Assembly: GCA_052389415.1 (NCBI GenBank)
Contig: JBQTHX010000001.1
Span: 1 to 14,729, forward strand
Reading direction: 5' to 3'
Source: Nitrosopumilaceae archaeon
GTDB taxonomy: Archaea > Thermoproteota > Nitrososphaeria > Nitrososphaerales > Nitrosopumilaceae
DNA length: 14,729 nucleotides
The translations under genes were made by a program, and so were the position numbers. The notes beneath the pieces were generated by a model. It was not told the origin of the DNA. It worked only from the letters and a program-made list of their open reading frames with translations, and did not search any database. The stretch's first letter is position 1. Each line of letters opens with the position of its first letter. Positions 7,788 to 14,729 of the stretch are shown here, piece after piece.

Positions 7788-8849
7788 TCACTTTTCGATA
7801 ATGTATTCATCATCTACTTCCATCCCAAAATGTCTTCCAGTAGCGGGTTTACAATGTGCTAACACAAGATCACCTTTTTTGAGATGCGTAACAGACACCA
7901 AATGACCATTTGGTCTTACAAACCGTATAGTTTCAGCATTTTGTGCAATTATGCCACCAACTTCGTTTCCAACTTGAGCTTTTATCATAAGCATGGGTCT
8001 GCTTTCTATTTTTGAACGACCTACAGTTGCCCTTCTTGCCTTGCCATTTGAATCTAAAACTAGAACTTCTGAACCTGTTTCTAGTTCTGAAAGGTATTTT
8101 GTTGTTCCATCAGGAGAAATGGTATAACAATGAACAGCTCCTGCATTTACTCTAAACGGTCTTGGTGAAGTAAAAGACGATCCAACTGATTCGTTATGCA
8201 CTAGAAACATAAAGTTAGATCTACTCCCAATTAGCATCCCCTCTCCCCGATGAAGCATGGATGCAGTGTCAACACATACACGTTCACCGTTTCCTACTTC
8301 TTTTATTTCGAAAATTTTTGCGGGTTTTAACTCGAAAGATTTTGATCCAAGATAGACTAGGGCTTCACTTACCTCATTAATGGATCCGGTAGAAAATATC
8401 ACTCCATCTACTCCTATTTCTAAGATGGAAAACATTTTCCTAACCTCATCTGAATTATTGGCCAAAGCAAATATTTTGGTATGTAGTTTGTGAAGTTTTG
8501 CTATGATATTTTCAAGTGGAATTATTTTCCAATCTTTTACATCAACAATTACAAAATCAATCCCTGTCTTTGCAAACTGTAGAATATTCTCAATATCTTT
8601 ATTTGATAAAACTCTTAATCTTATGCCGACCTTTTTATTCTTGGGTTTTGGTGATGAGATTTTGTCTAGTATTACATAATTTGCTCTCTCAGAGCTGTGT
8701 ATCGTTGCAAGCCTTGTCTTTAACCCCTTTAGACTCTGAGGATCTACGTTAACAACCTTAATTCCTTCTTTTTCAAGTCCTACAAGAAATTTACCAATCT
8801 GTCCCCTTGGAACCTTTGGGGATATTATAAGCTCCCTATTTTTTGTCAA
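7788..8849 (-). CDS. aroB': 3-dehydroquinate synthase II (archaeal AroB')
   Basis: WKIIPLEN, RVCVDT, RPFRVNAGAVH, QNAETI, GRHFG. TTG start overlapping the upstream aldolase gene by 14 nt. Confidence 0.95.
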   Translation of the reverse strand: MTKNRELIISPKVPRGQIGKFLVGLEKEGIKVVNVDPQSLKGLKTRLATIHSSERANYVILDKISSPKPKNKKVGIRLRVLSNKDIENILQFAKTGIDFVIVDVKDWKIIPLENIIAKLHKLHTKIFALANNSDEVRKMFSILEIGVDGVIFSTGSINEVSEALVYLGSKSFELKPAKIFEIKEVGNGERVCVDTASMLHRGEGMLIGSRSNFMFLVHNESVGSSFTSPRPFRVNAGAVHCYTISPDGTTKYLSELETGSEVLVLDSNGKARRATVGRSKIESRPMLMIKAQVGNEVGGIIAQNAETIRFVRPNGHLVSVTHLKKGDLVLAHCKPATGRHFGMEVDDEYIIEK

Positions 8850-9624
8850 GTCGTTTTGCCGCTTCCTTTGCAGTCTCTTTTTTGAATATTATACCTGCCA
8901 AAGCTTCGGTCATTCTGTCGGGTCGCTTGTGTTCAAAAATGTTTCTCCCATATGTTACTCCTTTGGCACCTGCTTTCATTGCTTCTTCAGTCATTTCCAA
9001 AACGTCGTTGTCAGTTTTTGCTTTAGGACCACCAGCTATCACTATCGGAACTGGAGTACTTTTTACAATTTTTGTAAATGAATCATAATCGCCAGTATAC
9101 ACAGTTTTTACAATATCTGCTCCCATCTCTGCTCCAATTCTTGCTACATGTGCAACAATTTCTGGATCATGTGGATCTTTGATGTTCTCTCCTCTTGGGT
9201 ACATCATAGCTAAAAGTGGCATTTCCCATTTGTGGCAATCATCTGCCATTTTGCCAAGTTGTTCTAACATTTCAGGTTCTTCTTTTCCTCCAATATTGAT
9301 GTGAAGTGAAACTCCATCAGCTCCTAGTCTAAGTGCATCTTCAACAGATCCTGTAAGCATTTTTCTGTTTGGAGATTTTGATAGTGATGTGCTACTAGAG
9401 TAATGCACCAAGACTCCGATTGCAAGTGGTTTTGGAATTGTTTTAAGAATTCCCCTGTTGACAATAACTGAAGTCAATCCGTAATGTTGACATGTGTAAA
9501 TTACATTATGAGGGTCTTCTAGTCCCTTGATTGGTCCACTTGATATTCCATGATCCATCGGGATGCAAAGCATCTTTCCTGATCTTAAGATTCGATTTAA
9601 CCTGATTTGTAATCCAGATACCAT
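8836..9624 (-). CDS. aroA': 2-amino-3,7-dideoxy-D-threo-hept-6-ulosonate (ADH) synthase, class I DhnA-type aldolase family
   Basis: PMDHG, MMYPRG, ADIVKT (Schiff-base Lys), AGG, GRNIF; directly coupled to DHQ synthase II. Confidence 0.9.
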   Translation of the reverse strand: MVSGLQIRLNRILRSGKMLCIPMDHGISSGPIKGLEDPHNVIYTCQHYGLTSVIVNRGILKTIPKPLAIGVLVHYSSSTSLSKSPNRKMLTGSVEDALRLGADGVSLHINIGGKEEPEMLEQLGKMADDCHKWEMPLLAMMYPRGENIKDPHDPEIVAHVARIGAEMGADIVKTVYTGDYDSFTKIVKSTPVPIVIAGGPKAKTDNDVLEMTEEAMKAGAKGVTYGRNIFEHKRPDRMTEALAGIIFKKETAKEAAKRLDKK

Positions 9625-9648
9625 TAAGAGATATTCCTTTCTGTACCC

Positions 9649-9657
9649 TACTTAAAA
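9649..9657 (-). promoter_or_regulatory. Putative TATA box for aroA'-aroB'
   Basis: TTTTAAGTA on the minus strand 25-33 nt upstream of the ATG at 9624. Confidence 0.45.
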
Positions 9658-9769
9658 ATAGCGGGTGTTCAGATTGTGACAGTCTCATAAGTATTGAAAT
9701 GATTTAGGATTTTCTTGGTATTGCGATATCAATATATGAAAACCCATCAGGTTAGGATCCGTAAAATGA

Positions 9770-10267
9770 TTATGGTGATAAATATTTATTATTTTTAAGA
9801 AATCTGATTCTTACAACAATATATCTTCTTGCCGTCTCTATCTGTACGCTTTCTATAGTTGAAACATATTCTCTGAATATTCGTCTGCCTCTTTTTGATC
9901 GATCTTTTGGAATTAACAGATGATTTTCTATCATTGAATTGATAATTCTATAACCTGTAGTCTTTGGAATCTTACAAATATCTAATATCTCCGTAATTGT
10001 TCTGGGATTATCTAAAGTGCAATTCATGATGTTTCTTTTATCCGGATCTGCAAAAGTAACAAGAACCAACTTTGCAAGATTTTCATCTTCTAACACTGTC
10101 CATCCGTGATCAACAAATCTTACATTTTTTCTATACTCTCTTACAATTCTGTCTCTGAGGGTCTGCAGATCTATTCGATAATCAACAGATTTGTCTACTT
10201 TAAGACTAGAGTCAGGACTTGAGTTGGAAGTTACTTTTTCATAATTACTATCTTTGATTAGTGTCAT
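9770..10267 (-). CDS. Winged helix-turn-helix transcriptional regulator (ArsR-like fold)
   Basis: FADPDKRNIMN...PRTITEILDICKIPKTTGYRIINSMIENHLLI followed by a basic wing (RSKRGRRIFREY) and beta-strand-like C-terminus. Confidence 0.8.
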   Translation of the reverse strand: MTLIKDSNYEKVTSNSSPDSSLKVDKSVDYRIDLQTLRDRIVREYRKNVRFVDHGWTVLEDENLAKLVLVTFADPDKRNIMNCTLDNPRTITEILDICKIPKTTGYRIINSMIENHLLIPKDRSKRGRRIFREYVSTIESVQIETARRYIVVRIRFLKNNKYLSP

Positions 10268-10526
10268 TGAATAATTTTTACAGTGAAAGTTAAAAAATAC
10301 CGTCTGCCAAATGTGGAAATCAAACGATTAATAACATATTTCTTCCTGTTTTTCTTTACTGCATAATTATTTATTTCAAAACTCTACGAGATGTTATTTT
10401 TCTTATTGTTCAAACCTCTAAATCTTTTTTGTTAAATGGTACGTTAAAACAAAAATTGAATTCAACTTGTCCTAATCAAAAATAGAGAAATCATGATGGA
10501 AAGGTTATCAAGGATTAAATAGCATG

Positions 10527-10544
10527 AAACAAAAACAAAAACAA
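10527..10544 (+). repeat. (AAACAA)x3 tandem hexamer
   Basis: Read directly; ends 1 nt before the mqnC TTG. Confidence 0.6.
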
Positions 10545-10545
10545 A

Positions 10546-11664
10546 TTGAGTCAGATTACGAAGGATCTTTATGCCTCTGAAATAGGGGATATTCTTGAGA
10601 ACTCACTCGATGGACACAGACCAAGCTTTGAAGATTGCATAAGACTCCTTGAATCTAACGATGTTCATTTGATGGGAATGGTGGCTGGTCATCTAACTCA
10701 GAAAAAATATGGAAAAAATGTTTCGTTTGTGAATAACATGATATTAAATTATACTAACATCTGTATTACTGATTGCAAATTCTGTGCCTTTTACAGACCA
10801 CCAGAACATGTAGAATCATACACTGTATCGCTAGAAGAAATTGAATCCCGAGTTAAAACAGCGTGGGAAGTTTTTAAAATTACTCAAGTCTTGATTCAAG
10901 GAGGTCATAACCCAAATCTTGGAATTGAGTACTATGAAGATGCTTTCAGGCTAATAAGAAAGAATTTCCCAGAAGTTGGGGTGCATGGATTATCTGCTTC
11001 TGAAATTGATATGATAGCAAGAATTGAAAAATCTAGCACAAGAGAGGTCCTTTCAAGATTAAAAGAAGCAGGATTGCAGTCAGTCCCTGGAGCTGGTGCA
11101 GAAATCCTAGTAGATTCTGTAAAAAACCTGATTAGTCCAAAAAAGATCACAAGTGATCAGTGGTTAAGGATAATGGAAGAAGCTCACAGCATAGGATTGC
11201 CTGCCTCTGCAACAATGATGTATGGGCATGTGGAAACCAATGATGACGTTGCAAAACACTTTATCAAAATTGCAAAACTGCAAGAAAAAACAGGAGGTTT
11301 TATGGCATTTATACCCTGGAGCTTTGAGCCTAATAATACTTTGATGCAACAAGAAAAAACTGTGACCTATCCTTCCGGAGGCTTTCAGCTTCTCAAGATG
11401 ATTGCAATATCAAGAATGATGTATGATGGATTGATACCTCATATCCAGTCTTCCTGGCTTACAAATGGAATTGGGATGGCACAAATGGCACTACAATATG
11501 GAGCTGATGATTTTGGTGGCACTCTTATTGGAGAAGAGGTAGTCTCTTGCACTGGGGCTCGTTCTACTGAACTCACAGGAAAAAAAATCATTGATGCAGT
11601 AAAACAAATGGGCTATGGAGTACATGAAAGAAACAATTTCTATAATATAGTGCAGATGCACTAG
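10546..11664 (+). CDS. mqnC: CofH/MqnC-family radical SAM enzyme, probably cyclic dehypoxanthine futalosine synthase
   Basis: NYTNICITDCKFCAFYR (CxxxCxxC), IQGGHNP, PGAGAEIL, ATMMYGH, FMAFIPWSF, HIQSSW, GADDFGGT. TTG start; adjacent to a UbiD-family gene. MqnE or CofH cannot be fully excluded. Confidence 0.8.
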   Translation: MSQITKDLYASEIGDILENSLDGHRPSFEDCIRLLESNDVHLMGMVAGHLTQKKYGKNVSFVNNMILNYTNICITDCKFCAFYRPPEHVESYTVSLEEIESRVKTAWEVFKITQVLIQGGHNPNLGIEYYEDAFRLIRKNFPEVGVHGLSASEIDMIARIEKSSTREVLSRLKEAGLQSVPGAGAEILVDSVKNLISPKKITSDQWLRIMEEAHSIGLPASATMMYGHVETNDDVAKHFIKIAKLQEKTGGFMAFIPWSFEPNNTLMQQEKTVTYPSGGFQLLKMIAISRMMYDGLIPHIQSSWLTNGIGMAQMALQYGADDFGGTLIGEEVVSCTGARSTELTGKKIIDAVKQMGYGVHERNNFYNIVQMH

Positions 11665-13103
11665 AGCCCATAGCTAGACCACTTGGCATCAACAACGTTT
11701 TTTGTATCCTCATCAACTCTTACCACTTCTTGAATCTCCCTCTGATAGCCTTCCTCTTTATTTTTCTGAGTTGCGTCTATGCCAAGTTTGGATCCCAGAT
11801 TGACCAAAGGGGAAGCTGGGTCTAAAGTATCAGTTGGCGTACTGTTAACTATCATTATATCACGTGCGGCGTCGGCTCTGGTTGTTACCGCCCAAATAAC
11901 ATCGTGGATGTCGTGAACGTTAACATCCTCATCTACTACAATGAAAATTTTTGTCAATGCAAGCTGTCCCAATCCCCATAATCCCATCATTACTTTTCTG
12001 GCTTGGCCTGGGTATCTCTTTTTGATTGAAATGATAGCCATACCTTGGAACCATCCTGAAGCTGGCATGGAAAAATCAACTACTTCGGGTTGGAACATCT
12101 TTATCAAAGGTAGAAAAGACCTCTCTATTACTTTACCAATAAAAGCATCTTCTAAGATTGGCTTACCTACAATTGTGGTAAGATAAATCGGTTTTTCTCG
12201 GCGAATAATGCCTGTCAGTGTAAAAGTAGGATATGGTTCTTGTGGAGTGTAATATCCCGTGTGGTCTCCAAACGGACCTTCCATTCTGATATCTGATGGA
12301 TCAACATATCCTTCTAACACAAGCTCTGCATTTGCAGGAACTTCAAGATCAACTGTTTTACATTTCACGGTTTTGATGCCTGTCTTTCTTACAATTCCTG
12401 CAAAAAGATACTTGTCTAGTCCTTCAGGAACTGGAGCAACTGCTGAAAATACAGTTGCAGGATCTGCGCCAATTACTACGGCCACCTCTATCTTGTTCCC
12501 AGTGTCTTTTTTAATCTCATAATGATTGGCGCCACGTTTGTGTTTTTGCCAGTGCATAAGTGCGTGAGTTTTGTCAAGGACTTGCATTCTATAGACTCCA
12601 AGATTTCTAATATCAGTTTCAGGATGTCTAGTCGCAACGAGACCAAAAGTAATGAATCTTCCAGCGTCTTTGGGCCATGATTTTAAAATTGGAATATTTT
12701 CAAATGATGGCGCATCTTCAAACACCTCAGTAACAGGTCCACTTTTTTGTAATTTCGGTACAATATCTGTCATCTTTGAAAGTTCTGGTAGTTTTCGTAT
12801 CTTGTCAAAAATGCTTGATGGTATATCCATCCTTGTCATATCTACAATTCGTTGGCCAATCTGGGTGAAATCATCTGTCTCTAGACCAATCTCCAATCTT
12901 TTCATTGAACCAAAAGCATTTCCTAGAACAGGCATGGTGTGGTTTTTAACATCTTCAAAAAGAACGGCAGGTCCGTTTGCATACATTATTCTTCGCAGAA
13001 TTTCTGCAATCTCTAAATCTGAATTCACTTGTGTTTTTATTCTTCGCAATTCTCCGGCATTTTCTAGCTTTTCTATAAATTCACCAAGATCTTCAATTGG
13101 CAC
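11661..13103 (-). CDS. ubiD: UbiD-family prFMN-dependent decarboxylase, probably menaquinone (futalosine route) biosynthesis
   Basis: RNLGVYR, EGPFGDHTGYY, VVDEDVNVHD..DVIWA..TR, D.LD, KLGIDAT. GTG start, 480 aa. Confidence 0.92.
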   Translation of the reverse strand: MPIEDLGEFIEKLENAGELRRIKTQVNSDLEIAEILRRIMYANGPAVLFEDVKNHTMPVLGNAFGSMKRLEIGLETDDFTQIGQRIVDMTRMDIPSSIFDKIRKLPELSKMTDIVPKLQKSGPVTEVFEDAPSFENIPILKSWPKDAGRFITFGLVATRHPETDIRNLGVYRMQVLDKTHALMHWQKHKRGANHYEIKKDTGNKIEVAVVIGADPATVFSAVAPVPEGLDKYLFAGIVRKTGIKTVKCKTVDLEVPANAELVLEGYVDPSDIRMEGPFGDHTGYYTPQEPYPTFTLTGIIRREKPIYLTTIVGKPILEDAFIGKVIERSFLPLIKMFQPEVVDFSMPASGWFQGMAIISIKKRYPGQARKVMMGLWGLGQLALTKIFIVVDEDVNVHDIHDVIWAVTTRADAARDIMIVNSTPTDTLDPASPLVNLGSKLGIDATQKNKEEGYQREIQEVVRVDEDTKNVVDAKWSSYGL

Positions 13104-13120
13104 TAGTGTACTGAATTTAC

Positions 13121-13143
13121 ATCCAGTATAAGCTTAACTGGAT
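13121..13143. promoter_or_regulatory. Near-perfect palindrome overlapping the putative ubiD TATA box (candidate operator)
   Basis: ATCCAGT-A-TAAG|CTTA-ACTGGAT: 11-bp arms with one unpaired A. Minus-strand TTATA (13131-13127) is 24-28 nt upstream of the ubiD GTG. Confidence 0.5.
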
Positions 13144-13211
13144 TTGTACAAACAGATTAGAAAAAGCTTTCACAAAAGAACTTTAATTAGACTTGAGAAG
13201 AAATAATTATA

Positions 13212-13442
13212 GTGACTCAACAAAAATGTTCTGTATGCCATGGGCAAGGAAAGATTGTTCTTTTAGAAACACAATGCCCATTTTGTAACGGCACTGGCGA
13301 ATTCACCAAATCAGCAGAAAGTTATCTCAAGTCACACATATGCCAATGTGTTTTTTTAGACAGAGTGACATGTCCCCTATGTGGGAAAAAATGTCATCAC
13401 GACACCCCAAATAAGCCAAAAATTTTACTTGGACCAGTTTAA
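13212..13442 (+). CDS. Small two-module zinc-finger protein (DnaJ-type CxxCxGxG pair plus Cys/His cluster)
   Basis: CSVCHGQG and CPFCNGTG, then HICQC...CPLCGKKCHH. GTG start with TTTAATTA 23-30 nt upstream. Confidence 0.8.
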   Translation: MTQQKCSVCHGQGKIVLLETQCPFCNGTGEFTKSAESYLKSHICQCVFLDRVTCPLCGKKCHHDTPNKPKILLGPV

Positions 13443-13816
13443 CTTATCGGAGGAAGCTCACTTTTCTTATCATGACCACCGGATCCAAACTTGCAATAAA
13501 AGCACTGGTCTGACTGCATGTATTTTAGTTGCTCAATCTGTATTGCGCCAATTTTTAGTGCTATCTTTGTAAGCATTCTGTATTTGAAAGGCATCCCAGG
13601 AACCACTTCGTCTAGATAAACCCTATAATGATCAGGACAGAATTTCAAAGTAAGGCGACTTGGTTCCTTGCTTGATTGATTTATGGACTTTGCAATATTT
13701 ATCTGCTCTCTGATATATTCATGCTTGGGGCAAGGGCAATTTCTTCCGCCAGGATGCTTGTAGGCTGGAGTATTTTTCCAGTCAAACCCTGGATACTCTC
13801 TTTCAAAATCATCCAA
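13439..13816 (-). CDS. Hypothetical Cys/His-motif protein (125 aa)
   Basis: TTG start with TTTTATAA 24-31 nt upstream; motifs CPCPKH, CPDH, CFYC. Fills an otherwise empty gap. Confidence 0.75.
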   Translation of the reverse strand: MDDFEREYPGFDWKNTPAYKHPGGRNCPCPKHEYIREQINIAKSINQSSKEPSRLTLKFCPDHYRVYLDEVVPGMPFKYRMLTKIALKIGAIQIEQLKYMQSDQCFYCKFGSGGHDKKSELPPIS

Positions 13817-13923
13817 CGGGTTTACTTGATTTGTCGTTCTTATAAAACTTCTATATGTTACGCTTGCTTGTTCTGATAATGATCAAAATCTAAATAAAGT
13901 CCAACTACCTGACAAAATAGCAC

Positions 13924-14729
13924 ATGTCTACCGATAAACCGACTAAAAAAACTCGTTCTACCAAAACTAAAGCTGATTTAGAAGCAAAGATTGCTGAGCT
14001 TGAAGCAAAGCTTAACTCACTAGCTGCTCAAGCCAAACCTGCAGAAACAAAACCTACTCCGCCCCCAGCTCCAAAACCTCAAGTTCAGCAAAAGCCTGAA
14101 CCTAAACCAGAAATTCAACAAAAATCAACGGTGCCAAAACCGGAGGGTCAAAAACCAAAAGCCGAAGTTGCACAAAGTTCGAGTTCCTCGACACAAGAAG
14201 TTGCATCAGCATATGCTAATACAAGTTCATCTGGATATACTGGTAATCGATATTATGCTACGCGTCAAAGGCTGGCGTATCATCCTCCTGATAAACAATT
14301 CACAGGTCAGGTTACTGTTCAAGTTTCACGACCAGCACCACCTGCTCCAGAACCTGAACCGGTAATAGTTGAACCTGAGCCGCAAAAGCAAAAAGAAGAG
14401 CCAAGAAGAATAGAGCCACCTACACCTATTGTAAAATATACTGGTGAAAATTATTATAGGACAAGACAACGATTAGCATATCATCCTCCAGACAAACAAT
14501 TTATCGAAACTGTGGCAGTAAAATTCGAGGAACCGCCAAAAGTGTCGCAAGTTGAATCGACAACCTCACAATCAACATCTTCCTCACAAAAAAAATCAAG
14601 AAATGAAGAATTAGAAGAATATGAAAGAGACTATCTTGAAAGATTGAAACAACAAAGAGTGGAAGTAGAAGAACCAGAACCTGTTGTTTCTGAAAAAAGC
14701 CCACATGGCACCATGCCAGCAGGCTGGAA
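13924..14729 (+). CDS. Coiled-coil plus disordered Pro/Glu/Lys/Ser-rich protein with repeated 22-aa motif (partial, runs off window; not in ORF track)
   Basis: ATG at 13924, 268 codons with no stop: MSTDKPTKKTRSTKTKADLEAKIAELEAKLNSLAAQAKPAETKPTPPPAPKP...EKSPHGTMPAGW. TAAATAAA 26-33 nt upstream. Confidence 0.9.
   Translation, partial: MSTDKPTKKTRSTKTKADLEAKIAELEAKLNSLAAQAKPAETKPTPPPAPKPQVQQKPEPKPEIQQKSTVPKPEGQKPKAEVAQSSSSSTQEVASAYANTSSSGYTGNRYYATRQRLAYHPPDKQFTGQVTVQVSRPAPPAPEPEPVIVEPEPQKQKEEPRRIEPPTPIVKYTGENYYRTRQRLAYHPPDKQFIETVAVKFEEPPKVSQVESTTSQSTSSSQKKSRNEELEEYERDYLERLKQQRVEVEEPEPVVSEKSPHGTMPAGW
14236..14301 (+). repeat. Intragenic repeat copy 1 (YTGNRYYATRQRLAYHPPDKQF)
   Basis: 19/22 aa identical to copy 2, which starts 201 nt downstream in frame. 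Confidence 0.9.
14437..14502 (+). repeat. Intragenic repeat copy 2 (YTGENYYRTRQRLAYHPPDKQF)
   Basis: 19/22 aa identical to copy 1. Confidence 0.9.

Noticed and set aside
10546-11664. Radical SAM enzyme as a RiPP maturase for the nearby small Cys-rich ORFs
   Set aside because: The sequence is clearly CofH/MqnC-type with no SPASM/twitch Cys cluster, and the small ORFs have zinc-finger spacing.
8516-13131. Short ORFs antisense to aroB', aroA', mqnC and ubiD (e.g. 8843-9088, 10932-11150, 12652-13131) and the alternate-frame ORF 9506-9688
   Set aside because: They overlap conserved enzyme genes entirely or mostly and have no independent coding signal.
13381-13876. ORFs 13381-13572 (+) and 13676-13876 (+)
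   Set aside because: They overlap the better-supported 76-aa and 125-aa genes, which have TATA boxes and ligand motifs.
14236-14502. Direct repeat considered as CRISPR or DNA-level repeat
   Set aside because: Only two copies, in frame, diverged mainly at synonymous positions, so it is a protein repeat.
14168-14704. ORFs 14168-14365 (+) and 14501-14704 (-)
   Set aside because: Alternative-frame and antisense shadows of the 13924+ ORF, whose frame is supported by the synonymous-change pattern in its repeat.

Overview
AT-rich archaeal chromosomal segment. Gene content (ADH synthase/DHQ synthase II route, GHMP-type shikimate kinase, futalosine-pathway genes, TATA boxes about 25-30 nt upstream of starts) points to an ammonia-oxidising archaeon (Nitrososphaerota/Thaumarchaeota); this is inferred, not searched. 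The left two-thirds is a minus-strand shikimate/aromatic amino acid cluster: aroA' (ADH synthase), aroB' (DHQ synthase II), then aroD, aroE, aroK, aroA, aroC, a chorismate mutase-aminotransferase fusion and the first 7 codons of a probable tyrA. A 1.56-kb islet between aroB' and aroD holds an orphan beta-class (probably N4-cytosine) DNA methyltransferase, a 69-aa basic helical protein and a half-LIM-like zinc-finger microprotein. To the right are a winged-HTH regulator, mqnC and a UbiD-family decarboxylase (convergent), two small Cys/His-rich proteins (convergent), and an ORF missing from the supplied track (13924 to the window end). That ORF encodes a coiled-coil plus disordered Pro/Glu/Lys-rich protein with two copies of a 22-aa motif conserved at the protein level. 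No RNA genes, CRISPR arrays or transposases were recognised.
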